This document shows positions 51,507 through 60,340 of a DNA stretch of 64,000 bases, piece after piece (within the stretch, counting starts at the first letter, position 1; the number at the start of each line of letters is the position of its first letter). Below the pieces are notes generated by a model. The model was not told the DNA's origin. It saw nothing but the letters and a program-made list of their open reading frames with translations, and did not search any database. The stretch covers positions 5,440,001 through 5,504,000 of the forward strand of contig OY969763.1 of the NCBI GenBank assembly GCA_963702845.1, given 5' to 3'. The DNA comes from an uncultured Verrucomicrobiae bacterium (lineage in GTDB: Bacteria > Verrucomicrobiota > Verrucomicrobiia > Limisphaerales > Palsa-1400). Both the position numbers and the translations under genes were made by a program.

Positions 51507-52730
51507 TTGAAAATCCTTTGGCTCAAGACCGGACCGTTGCATCCGTTGGACACGGGCGGGAAGCTGCGCACCTATCACATGTTGCGCGCGTTGCGGGCGG
51601 GCAATCACGTGACGTTTTTGGCGTTATGCTCGCCGGACCAACGAGCCGCGACAGAAAAGGCCGGCGAATATTCGGACGCGCAGTGTTGGATCGATTGGCA
51701 GGAAACACCGAAACGAAGCGGACGTTTTTTTACGGAGCTCGGCGCGAATCTCGTTTTCTCAAATTTGCCCTATGTCATTTCGAAATACCGATCATCAGAA
51801 ATGGCGAACGCCATTAGGCAGTATGATATCGACCGCGAGTTTGATCTCATCATCTGCGACTTCTTAACTCCGAGCATCAACCTCTTCGCCAACGGTTGGT
51901 GGACCAAATCGCCGGTGCTCTTGTTTCAGCACAATGTCGAGTCACTGATTTGGAAGCGCCTCTACCAGACCGCGTCCGGTTTGAAGAAAGTTTACTTCCG
52001 CGACCAATGGAAGCGCATGGTCGCATTTGAAAAAAAAGCCTGCGCCGCATCGGACGCGGTGGTCGCAGTATCCGAAGAGGATGCAACGCTGTTGCGCTCG
52101 GAGCTTGGTCTCAGCAACGTGCTCGGCGCGGTTCCAACCGGTGTCGATGCCGCTGGCTTTGCGTCCTGTCGCTCGGCGAAGAAGAAGCCGAAGTCGCTGG
52201 TATTCCTGGGATCGATGGATTGGATGCCAAACATCGACGCCGTGCTGTGGTTCTGCCGCGAAATCTTTCCAGCGCTGAAAAAACGTTTTCCTGAATTAAT
52301 GCTAAGCGTCGTGGGACGCAATCCGACAGCCGAGGTCAAGCAGCTCGCCAAAACCCCCGGTGTTGAAATCACCGGAACCGTGGACGATGTAAAACCGTAC
52401 ATGGGTCAGGCCGAAGTAATGATTGTGCCCTTGCGTGTTGGTGGCGGGACGCGGGTGAAAATTTTTGAAGGGATGGCCGCTGGTTTGCCGATCGTCTCGA
52501 CGCGTATTGGCGCCGAAGGTTTGCCGGTGCGTGATGGAGAAAATATTCTCCTGGCCGATACGCCCGGTGCCATCGTCGACAAGATTACGGATCTTCTCGG
52601 AAAACTGGAATTGCGCACGAATATGGGTGCTAGTGCAGCGCGGTTCGTCACTGACAACTACAGTTGGGAATCTGCGACAAAAAAGTTCGAGGACTATTGT
52701 CACCTGACCTTAACGAAACGTTCGTTGTGA
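51507..52730 (+). CDS. GT4-family glycosyltransferase
   Basis: PLDTGGKLRTY, HNVES, GSMDWMPN, GGGTRVKIFE. Confidence 0.92.
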   Translation: MKILWLKTGPLHPLDTGGKLRTYHMLRALRAGNHVTFLALCSPDQRAATEKAGEYSDAQCWIDWQETPKRSGRFFTELGANLVFSNLPYVISKYRSSEMANAIRQYDIDREFDLIICDFLTPSINLFANGWWTKSPVLLFQHNVESLIWKRLYQTASGLKKVYFRDQWKRMVAFEKKACAASDAVVAVSEEDATLLRSELGLSNVLGAVPTGVDAAGFASCRSAKKKPKSLVFLGSMDWMPNIDAVLWFCREIFPALKKRFPELMLSVVGRNPTAEVKQLAKTPGVEITGTVDDVKPYMGQAEVMIVPLRVGGGTRVKIFEGMAAGLPIVSTRIGAEGLPVRDGENILLADTPGAIVDKITDLLGKLELRTNMGASAARFVTDNYSWESATKKFEDYCHLTLTKRSL

Positions 52731-52877
52731 CTGCTAAGTATTAAACAGTAATCCCTAATCGGTGCACTTCGGACGCCGCCTTATCGGAATACTGATTACT
52801 CAATACTGAATACCGGTTACCTCCTATCGCGGCTCACCCCGATTGACCGGTGTCACACACGCGGTAATGTCGCTTGT

Positions 52878-53234
52878 ATGACAATCTTAACGGACGTTTC
52901 ATCGGCGCTGCTGCGACGGGCGGTTCAATTGAAGGAGCAAATCGAGGGACTGGAGAAAGAGTTGAATAACATTCTCGGTCAAACCAGCCCTAAGCGCAGC
53001 ATGGCGATGACGCGAAGCCGCCCGGGTATCAGTCCGGCTGGACGCGCGCGGATTGTCGCCGCACAAAAACGCCGCTGGGCGATGCATCGGGCCCAGGCCA
53101 AAGCCGCAACCCGATCCAGCAGCAGCGCGCGCATAGCAACAAAAGCACCGAAAGGTGGCATCCCCCCCCAACTACGCGCCAAATTGGCCGCCCAGGCAAA
53201 AGCTCGTTGGGCCAAAGTTAAGTCGATGGGCTGA
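52878..53234 (+). CDS. Small basic protein, possibly nucleoid-associated
   Basis: N-terminal coiled coil plus two R/K-rich repeats (GRARIVAAQKRRWA and LRAKLAAQAKARWA). Confidence 0.7.
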   Translation: MTILTDVSSALLRRAVQLKEQIEGLEKELNNILGQTSPKRSMAMTRSRPGISPAGRARIVAAQKRRWAMHRAQAKAATRSSSSARIATKAPKGGIPPQLRAKLAAQAKARWAKVKSMG

Positions 53235-53363
53235 CCAAAAGCGTTTCGATTTCCTGCAACAGTTGCGTCCCACTCAATTCTCTAACGCCCCGACGAACGA
53301 TTCTCTGTATTCGCCGGTCGCTCGGCAGCACCTCAGCAAACGGTGACCGAGTGATGGCTCGGA

Positions 53364-53564
53364 TTAGTCACGTCGCTTTGCTGGAACAACACACCAGCCG
53401 AGACAAGCGAAGTAAATCAACACCGAAACAAGAGAGACCCACTTCCCGACCGTAAAAGCAGGCGGACGATACTCCATTTTCAAGAGATGATGGCCAGCGG
53501 CCAACGGCACTGCGCGCAAACAAAGTAATCCTCGAATCACCGCCCCAACCCGCGCCTGATTCAC
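53364..53564 (-). pseudogene. C-terminal fragment of a YfhO-like membrane protein
   Basis: LRAVPLAAGHHLLKMEYRPPAFTVGKWVSL plus a final TM helix; upstream portion absent. Confidence 0.6.
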
Positions 53565-53799
53565 GGTGGAGATGATAAGAGTTATGTTAAATGACGGAAT
53601 TCAAAAAAGAGTTTTTAAATGGATTAGCGCGCCTTCAGACAGCCTGGAACATTGATGTCAATTAGTCCACGACAGAGCCGGGTGCGGTAACACTGAATTA
53701 AAAAACGATTTCCCTTGGATTACCGGCACTTCAGACAATGAGCGCCCCGTTGTGTCAAGTATTACACGACAGAGCTTTTACGGTTTTCCCTGAAAACAG

Positions 53800-53818
53800 A
53801 ACCGGCGGAACCCCGATT
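53800..53818. promoter_or_regulatory. Palindromic site upstream of GH25 copy 1 (also at 56016-56034, 57135-57153, 58189-58207, 59242-59260)
   Basis: Consensus AATCGG-N7-C(C/T)GATT followed by GT in five of the six upstream regions. Confidence 0.6.
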
Positions 53819-53896
53819 GTTGTTTTTGTCAAATAGTTCACTGTGGCGTTGTCCCATGAAAACCCACGACGAGTGGCCAAGAACCTTTGTGCCGCC

Positions 53897-53959
53897 ACGA
53901 TGTCTTGTACCGTTTGCAGGCCGGTGCTCGAGATCGTCTCCATAACAAAAGCAGCCTGC
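53897..53959 (+). ncRNA. Candidate cis-regulatory pseudoknot, GH25 copy 1 leader (type B)
   Basis: Stem ACGA/TCGT, TCTTG/CGAGA, GTACCG/CGGTGC; loop GCAGGC pairs with downstream GCCTGC. Confidence 0.55.
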
Positions 53960-53985
53960 CGACAAAAAGCAAAAAACAAAAAGCA

Positions 53986-54745
53986 ATGAAAACGATCATT
54001 AAAACCTCGTTAGGGTTGGTTGCGGGATTGGCGCTGTCGTTTACCGGCATGCAAGCCAAAGCTAACAACACGACCCACAGTCTCCTCGGCATTGATGTCT
54101 CCAGCTATCAAGGTTTCGTCACATGGGCAGCGTCCATGGTGACGGCGTAGCGTTCGCATTCGCCCGCGCCACTGAAGGAACCGCCAGCAACGACTCGGAT
54201 TTCTCCGGCAACATGAGCCGCGGCAAAAGCGCTGGTGTGAAATGGGCGCTTATCACTTCGCCTATCCAGCCGAAGGGTGCCCCAGCGTGCAGGCCAATCA
54301 CTTCTGGTCTATCGCCGGCGGCAAAATCACCGCTGACGGCAAATCAGTCATGCCGATGGTGGATTGCGAAGAATTCACTGGTGTTGGCTGCTCCGAAGGC
54401 ACCTACACCACCTGGTACAATGATTGGGCGACAGACCTCAAGACTCATTCTTCTGGCCTGCGTCCTGTCATCTATGTCAGCGCCTGCAATGCGTCTCACT
54501 TGACCACCGGCATCGCGGACTTGGGTGCATGGATTGCCGACTACAATGGCGGCAACCTGTATACCGGCAACCCATGGACCACCTGCTGTGGTGACTGCCG
54601 CTGGGGTTCCACCTCCTGCAACAACAACACCTGGACCTACTGGCAGGTCAGCTCCACTGGAGCGATCAGCGGTATCTCCGGCAACGTCGACCTCGATGCC
54701 TACAATGGCACCTTGGCCCAGTTGACCTCCTGGCAAGGTGTCTAA
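53986..54745 (+). CDS. Secreted GH25 muramidase, copy 1 (two 1-nt frameshifts near 54126 and 54241, likely errors)
   Basis: Signal peptide, GIDVSSYQG, RATEG, GAYHF, DCE, WQVSSTG, VDLD. Confidence 0.85.
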
Positions 54746-54760
54746 TCTAGTTTGAAGCAA

Positions 54761-54790
54761 GCCCGCGCGAGGCCAAAACCTCGCGCGGGT
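54761..54790 (+). terminator. Terminator-like hairpin after GH25 copy 1
   Basis: GCCCGCGCGAGG-CCAAAA-CCTCGCGCGGGT; weak T-tract. Confidence 0.7.
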
Positions 54791-54922
54791 CTCACATTGT
54801 CGAACCCATAAGTCGTCACAATCAACAAAAAGCAAAAAGCGCCTGAACCCAACAGGCATTTAAGCTGTTCGTTTGAAATTTTTTCAGTAGCGAAACTAAG
54901 TGCGTTAGTGATCTCTGAGTTT

Positions 54923-55008
54923 GAGTCCAGAGCGCGTGCTTTGGCGGCCTTGCAGGAGGACGCTTAAGTCCGTGAACCAAACTAAAAAACAACCTGCAAT
55001 GACGGAAA
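54923..55008 (+). ncRNA. Candidate pseudoknot, GH25 copy 2 leader (type A)
   Basis: GAGTCCAGAG, 18-bp imperfect stem, loop TGCAGG pairing with CCTGCA, then ATGACGGAAA. Confidence 0.6.
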
Positions 55009-55020
55009 GATAACAATAAA

Positions 55021-55785
55021 ATGAAACGCAGTACTCTAGTTACATACGCACTTGGCATTGTTGCCTCCGCAGCCCTTCTCGGTGCTACGGAAGTTCGCGC
55101 TAACAACACGACCCACAGCCTTCTCGGCATCGACGTCTCCAGCTATCAAGGTTTCATCACCTGGAGCAGCGTCAAAGGTGACGGCGTTGAGTTCGCATTC
55201 GCCCGCGCCACTGAAGGAACCGCCAGCAACGACTCGGATTTCTCCGGAAACATGACCCGCGGCAAAAGCGCTGGTGTGAAGATGGGCGCTTATCACTTCG
55301 CCTATCCAGCCGAAGGGTGCCCCAGCGTGCAGGCCAATCACTTCTGGTCTATCGCCGGCGGCAAAATCACCGCTGACGGCAAATCAGTCATGCCGATGGT
55401 GGATTGCGAAGAATTCACTGGTGTTGGCTGCTCCGAAGGCACCTACACCACCTGGTACAATGATTGGGCAACAGACCTCAAGACTCATTCTTCTGGCCTG
55501 CGTCCTGTCATCTATGTCAGCGCCTGCAATGCGTCTCACTTGACCACCGGCATCGCGGACTTGGGTGCATGGATTGCCGACTACAATGGCGGCAACCTGT
55601 ATACCGGCAACCCATGGACCACCTGCTGTGGTGACTGCCGCTGGGGTTCCACCTCCTGCAACAACAACACCTGGACCTACTGGCAGGTCAGCTCCACTGG
55701 AGCGATCAGCGGTATCTCCGGCAACGTCGACCTCGATGCCTACAATGGCACCTTGGCTGACTTGACGTCCTGGCAGGGTGTGTAA
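55021..55785 (+). CDS. Secreted GH25 muramidase, copy 2
   Basis: Same motifs, intact. Confidence 0.92.
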   Translation: MKRSTLVTYALGIVASAALLGATEVRANNTTHSLLGIDVSSYQGFITWSSVKGDGVEFAFARATEGTASNDSDFSGNMTRGKSAGVKMGAYHFAYPAEGCPSVQANHFWSIAGGKITADGKSVMPMVDCEEFTGVGCSEGTYTTWYNDWATDLKTHSSGLRPVIYVSACNASHLTTGIADLGAWIADYNGGNLYTGNPWTTCCGDCRWGSTSCNNNTWTYWQVSSTGAISGISGNVDLDAYNGTLADLTSWQGV

Positions 55786-55810
55786 TCCTGACCTGACTGT
55801 TTGTTAATTC

Positions 55811-55843
55811 AACCCGCGCGGATGAAAGTCCGCGCGGGTTTTT
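55811..55843 (+). terminator. Rho-independent terminator
   Basis: AACCCGCGCGGA...TCCGCGCGGGTTTTT. Confidence 0.85.
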
Positions 55844-56152
55844 ACATTCCTATCAGATTTTCGTCGACAGCCCATGTCAACAGAACCGCTACAAATCACG
55901 TTCTTTCTCACGCTCAATGAGCGTGATGTTCTTTCTCGAAAGCAGTATCAGGTTTCACCGCGAATTATTGTCAATTTAAGTTCGACACACCAATTACGCT
56001 TTTTGCTGAGTAGCGAATCCGCATAGACCTGATTGTTCCTCGGAACGGAAAAGTCCATTGTCTTGCCCGTTACCCGAGCGATAAAAAAGCACTGAACCCA
56101 CCAGCGCTCCTCCAGCGGTCCATTCGCGTGGATCTCAGTCTGATTTGAATTT

Positions 56153-56235
56153 GAGTCCAGAGTGCGTGTTCTGTACGGCGCGCAGGAAGACGTTACAGAA
56201 CACGATAAAACAAAAAAATCCTGCAATGACGGAAA
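56153..56235 (+). ncRNA. Candidate pseudoknot, GH25 copy 3 leader (type A)
   Basis: Stem CGTGTTCTGTA/TACAGAACACG; loop GCAGGA pairs with TCCTGC. Confidence 0.6.
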
Positions 56236-56242
56236 CCACTAA

Positions 56243-57004
56243 ATGAAACGTAATCTAATACAAAAGATCCTCGGCATCTGTGCGGCTGCAACACTGCTCG
56301 GAACCACCGGCGCTCGCGCCAATAACACCACCCACAGCCTCCTCGGCGTGGACGTTTCGAGCTATCAAGGCTCAATCAACTGGAGCAGTGTTTACGGTGA
56401 CGGCGTCCGCTTCGCGTCTGCCAAAGCCACCGAGAGCACCGGTTACACCGATGCCTATTTCGCTGGCAACATGAACAACGGCAAAGCCGCAGGCTTGCAG
56501 ATGTGTGCATACCACTTCGCCCATCCTGAATCCACCTGTCCAAGTGCACAAGTGAACCACTTCTGGTCTGTCGCCGGCAGCAAGATCACCGCAGACGGCA
56601 AATCGGTTTATCCGATGGTCGACTGCGAAGTCTTCAGCGGCGTCACCTGCAGTGAAGGCACCTACACCACGTGGTACAACGACTACTCCACTGACCTGAA
56701 GGCCAAGACGGCCAACTTCCTGCACCCGGTCATCTACGTCAGCGCCTGCGCTGCCAGCCACCTGAGCACCGCGATCACGCTCTCGGCCTGGATCGCCGAC
56801 TACAACGGCGAGAACCTCTACACCGGTAATCCTTGGACCACCTGCTGCGGCGACGACCGTTGGGGTTCCACCTCCTGCAACGCCAACACCTGGACCTACT
56901 GGCAAGTCAGCAGCACCGGCGCTATCAGCGGCATCTCCGGCAACGTTGACCTCGATGCCTACAACGGCACCTTGGCTGACTTGATCTCGTGGCAAGGAGT
57001 GTAA
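56243..57004 (+). CDS. Secreted GH25 muramidase, copy 3
   Basis: GVDVSSYQG, KATES, DCE, VDLD. Confidence 0.92.
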   Translation: MKRNLIQKILGICAAATLLGTTGARANNTTHSLLGVDVSSYQGSINWSSVYGDGVRFASAKATESTGYTDAYFAGNMNNGKAAGLQMCAYHFAHPESTCPSAQVNHFWSVAGSKITADGKSVYPMVDCEVFSGVTCSEGTYTTWYNDYSTDLKAKTANFLHPVIYVSACAASHLSTAITLSAWIADYNGENLYTGNPWTTCCGDDRWGSTSCNANTWTYWQVSSTGAISGISGNVDLDAYNGTLADLISWQGV

Positions 57005-57028
57005 TCTGATCTGAGTTTGTTATACTGC

Positions 57029-57059
57029 ACCCGCGCGGACGCAAGTTCGCGCGGGTTTT
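57029..57059 (+). terminator. Rho-independent terminator
   Basis: ACCCGCGCGGAC-GCAA-GTTCGCGCGGGTTTT. Confidence 0.85.
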
Positions 57060-57204
57060 CTCTTTTCGGAAGGCCGGCTGAACACCATGTCAAATTTAAC
57101 ACGACACAGCACCTCAGCCTTTTGCTCACCGCCGAACCGGCTGATGCCTGATTGTTTGATTGTACCACAAAGTCCAAAGTGGGCTGTTCCCAAAACCTAA
57201 CGCC

Positions 57205-57282
57205 GGCAAACGATTGTCGTTCGCCCGAAGTTTGTCTCTGGTTGCAGACTGGACAAAGTTCGCCTACTAAAAGCACCTGCAA
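57205..57282 (+). ncRNA. Candidate pseudoknot with a 5' accessory hairpin, GH25 copy 4 leader (type B)
   Basis: GGCAAACGA/TCGTTCGCC hairpin; CGAAGTTTGT/ACAAAGTTCG stem; TTGCAG pairs with CTGCAA. Confidence 0.55.
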
Positions 57283-57302
57283 AAAAGCAAAAAACAAAAA
57301 GC

Positions 57303-58052
57303 ATGAAAACCACTAAATTACTCCTTGCTGCGCTCGCGTTGTCCCTCGGGGCTACTCTGGCGCAAGCTAACAATACGACTCACAGTCTCCTCGGAATCGA
57401 CGTGTCGCACTATCAAGGCGGCATCACCTGGAGCAGTGTTTACGGCGACGGCGTCCGTTATACCTTTGCCAAAGCTGTCGAAGGCACCGGTTATACCGAC
57501 CCTAACTTCAGCTCTTACGCCAGCGGTGCTAAAGCAGCTGGTTTGAAGTTTGGCGCCTATGACTTCTGCCATCCAGAATCCGGCTGCCCAAGTGCCGAAG
57601 TCAACCACTTCTGGTCGGTTGCTGGTGGCAAGATCACCGCTGACGGCAAGTCCCTCTATCCGATGCTCGACTTGGAAGTGTTCTCCGGTGTTGCTTGCGG
57701 TGAAGGCACCTACACCGGATGGTCCAACGACTGGTCAACCGATGTCAAAGCGAAGACCGGCAACTTCCTGCATCCGGTTATCTATATCAGCGCATGCAAT
57801 TGCTCCCACCTGAGCACTGCTATCACGCTGTCTGCCTGGATTGCGGACTACAACGGCCAGAACCTCTACACCGGTAACCCGTGGAGCACCTGCTGCAGCT
57901 ACGACCGTTGGGGCTCCACCGCCTGCAATGCCAACACATGGACCTACTGGCAGGTCAGCTCGACCGGTCGCATCAGCGGCATCTCCGGCAACGTTGACCT
58001 CGATGCCTACAACGGCACCTTGGCTGAATTAACGTCCTGGCAAGGTGTTTAG
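57303..58052 (+). CDS. Secreted GH25 muramidase, copy 4
   Basis: GIDVSHYQG, KAVEG, DLE, VDLD. Confidence 0.92.
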   Translation: MKTTKLLLAALALSLGATLAQANNTTHSLLGIDVSHYQGGITWSSVYGDGVRYTFAKAVEGTGYTDPNFSSYASGAKAAGLKFGAYDFCHPESGCPSAEVNHFWSVAGGKITADGKSLYPMLDLEVFSGVACGEGTYTGWSNDWSTDVKAKTGNFLHPVIYISACNCSHLSTAITLSAWIADYNGQNLYTGNPWSTCCSYDRWGSTACNANTWTYWQVSSTGRISGISGNVDLDAYNGTLAELTSWQGV

Positions 58053-58082
58053 TCTGGCAACCTGAAGCTGTTCCTATACTGC

Positions 58083-58115
58083 AACCCGCGCGGGTGAAAA
58101 CTCGCGCGGGTTTTT
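58083..58115 (+). terminator. Rho-independent terminator
   Basis: AACCCGCGCGGGT-GAAA-ACTCGCGCGGGTTTTT. Confidence 0.85.
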
Positions 58116-58260
58116 ACGTATTCAAAACGTGCTTATCGCACTGTCGATAACAACGTGACAGGGCAGTTCAGCTTATTACTGACTGCTGAATCGACTGACG
58201 CCTGATTGTATATTTTACAGCAAGGCTCAGAGTCGCACTGTTCCAAAAAAAACCAACGTC

Positions 58261-58340
58261 GGCAAACTATTGTCGTTTGCCCGAAGTTTGTCTCTGGTTG
58301 CAGACTGGACAAATTTCGCCTCACTAAAAAGTAACTGCAA
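58261..58340 (+). ncRNA. Candidate pseudoknot with a 5' accessory hairpin, GH25 copy 5 leader (type B)
   Basis: GGCAAAC/GTTTGCC hairpin; CGAAGTTTGT/ACAAATTTCG stem; TTGCAG pairs with CTGCAA. Confidence 0.55.
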
Positions 58341-58358
58341 TTAAGCAAAAAACAGAAA

Positions 58359-59123
58359 ATGAAACGCACTACTCTAGTCCAAAATGCCCTTGGCATCGTC
58401 GTCGTCGCCGCCCTCACCTTGGGCGCGACCTCCCTCCGAGCTAACAATACCACGCACAGCCTCTTGGGCGTGGACGTCTCAAGCTATCAAGGCTCCATCA
58501 CCTGGAGCAGCGTCTACGGTGATGGCGTCCGTTTCGCGTCTGCCAAAGCCACCGAAAGCACCGGTTATACCGATGCTTATTTCTCCGGCAACATGAACAA
58601 CGGCAAAGCCGCCGGTTTGCAAATGTGCGCGTATCACTTCGCCCATCCCGAATCCACCTGCCCAAGCGCGCAAGTGAATCACTTCTGGGCAGTCGCCGGT
58701 AGTAAAATCACTGCGGACGGCAAGTCGATCTACCCGATGGTTGATTGCGAAGTCTTCAGCGGCGTGACCTGCGGTGAAGGCACATACAATACCTGGTACA
58801 ATGACTATGCTGCCGATCTCAAAGGCAAAACCTCATTGTTCCTGCACCCAGTCCTCTACACCAGCGCGTGCAGTGCCTGCCATCTGAGCAGCGCCACCAC
58901 GCTCTCGGCTTGGATCGCGGACTACAACGGCCAGAACCTCTACACTGGTAACCCTTGGACGACGTGCTGCTCCTGTAACGTCTGGGGCGGCGGTTGCAAT
59001 GCCAACACCTGGACCTACTGGCAGGTTAGCAGCACCGGTGCCATCAGCGGCATCTCCGGTAACGTCGACCTCGATGCCTATAACGGCACCTTGGCTGAAT
59101 TGGTGTCCTGGCAGGGTGTCTAA
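58359..59123 (+). CDS. Secreted GH25 muramidase, copy 5
   Basis: GVDVSSYQG, KATES, DCE, VDLD; 10 Cys. Confidence 0.92.
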   Translation: MKRTTLVQNALGIVVVAALTLGATSLRANNTTHSLLGVDVSSYQGSITWSSVYGDGVRFASAKATESTGYTDAYFSGNMNNGKAAGLQMCAYHFAHPESTCPSAQVNHFWAVAGSKITADGKSIYPMVDCEVFSGVTCGEGTYNTWYNDYAADLKGKTSLFLHPVLYTSACSACHLSSATTLSAWIADYNGQNLYTGNPWTTCCSCNVWGGGCNANTWTYWQVSSTGAISGISGNVDLDAYNGTLAELVSWQGV

Positions 59124-59153
59124 TCCTTCCCTGACTACATTTCAAAACTGCAC

Positions 59154-59183
59154 CCCGCGCGAAGCAACACTCGCGCGGGTTTT
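59154..59183 (+). terminator. Rho-independent terminator
   Basis: CCCGCGCGA...TCGCGCGGGTTTT. Confidence 0.8.
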
Positions 59184-59303
59184 CATTTTTGCACTGTCAA
59201 GCGAACCATTACTTGTATGTCAATAATACATCTACACGCCAAATCGGGGTTTGCCTGATTGTGGTTTTGTGGGAAATGTAGAAACTCACCTCGTTCCCAA
59301 CAC

Positions 59304-59390
59304 GAGTCCAGAGCGCGTGTTTCATTTTGCTTGCAGGAGCGATTTGAAAATCCGTGAAGTAAATCAGTAAATCTCCTGCATTGACCGAAA
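59304..59390 (+). ncRNA. Candidate pseudoknot, GH25 copy 6 leader (type A)
   Basis: GAGTCCAGAG; stem CGCG/CGTG, TTTCA/TGAAA, TTGCT/AGCGA; loop TGCAGG pairs with CCTGCA; then TTGACCGAAA. Confidence 0.6.
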
Positions 59391-59398
59391 GTAGTATA

Positions 59399-60166
59399 AT
59401 GAAACGCAGTAATCTGATCAAAAACGTACTTGGACTAGTAGCTGGCGTCGCCCTCCTGGGGGCTTCGGAAGCACGCGCAAACAATACCACCCACAGCCTT
59501 CTCGGCATTGACGTCTCCAGTTTTCAAGGTTTCGTCACCTGGAGCAGCGTCAATGGTGATGGCGTTGCCTTCGCGTTCGCTCGCGCTACTGAAGGAACCG
59601 CGAGCAATGATTCCGATTTCTCCGGAAACATGACCCGAGGTAAAAGCGCAGGCGTGAAAATGGGCGCTTATCACTTCGCCTATCCAGCCGAAGGCTGCCC
59701 CTCAGTCCAAGCCAGTCACTTCTGGACTCAAGCCGGTAGCAAAATCACGGCTGATGGCAAGTCGCTCATGCCGATGGTTGACTGTGAAGAGTTCACTGGT
59801 ATCGGCTGCTCTGAAGGCACCTACACCACCTGGTACAATGATTGGGCCGCAGACCTCAAGACCCACACGACCTTGACCCTGCGTCCAGTTATTTATGTCA
59901 GCGCCTGCAATGCCTCGTTTTTGACTACCGGCATCTCGGGTTTGGGCGCTTGGATCGCCGATTACAATGGCCAAAACCTCTACACCGGCAACCCATGGAG
60001 CACCTGCTGCGGCGACGACCGTTGGGGTTCCACCTCCTGCAATGCCAACACCTGGACCTACTGGCAGGTTAGCAGCACGGGTGCCATCAGCGGCATCTCC
60101 GGTAACGTCGATCTCGATGCCTATAACGGCACCTTGGCTGATTTGACCTCCTGGCAAGGTGTGTAA
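59399..60166 (+). CDS. Secreted GH25 muramidase, copy 6
   Basis: GIDVSSFQG, RATEG, DCE, VDLD. Confidence 0.92.
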   Translation: MKRSNLIKNVLGLVAGVALLGASEARANNTTHSLLGIDVSSFQGFVTWSSVNGDGVAFAFARATEGTASNDSDFSGNMTRGKSAGVKMGAYHFAYPAEGCPSVQASHFWTQAGSKITADGKSLMPMVDCEEFTGIGCSEGTYTTWYNDWAADLKTHTTLTLRPVIYVSACNASFLTTGISGLGAWIADYNGQNLYTGNPWSTCCGDDRWGSTSCNANTWTYWQVSSTGAISGISGNVDLDAYNGTLADLTSWQGV

Positions 60167-60223
60167 GAAACAGTTTGAAGCGTCTGTTCTAATATAAAGC
60201 GTTAGGACAAGCGTCGGATTCAT

Positions 60224-60259
60224 AACCCGCGCGAGTTTTAAAATTCGCGCGGGTTTTTT
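60224..60259 (+). terminator. Rho-independent terminator
   Basis: AACCCGCGCGAGTTT...AAATTCGCGCGGGTTTTTT. Confidence 0.85.
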
Positions 60260-60340
60260 GTGAAAATATTATCTAAAAATTTGAGAAAAATATCGCCTTA
60301 AGTGGTCTATCCGATAAACTAAAAACACATCACCGGCCCC

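Noticed and set aside
53897..59390. Assigning the GH25 leaders to a known riboswitch or ribozyme
   Set aside because: The core sequences I recall for hammerhead, twister, pistol, c-di-GMP-II and SAM-II are not matched; left unassigned pending an Rfam search.
53986..60166. Prophage lysis cassette, integron array or diversity-generating retroelement
   Set aside because: No holin, phage structural gene, integrase, attC-like site or reverse transcriptase; the differences between copies are not adenine-specific.
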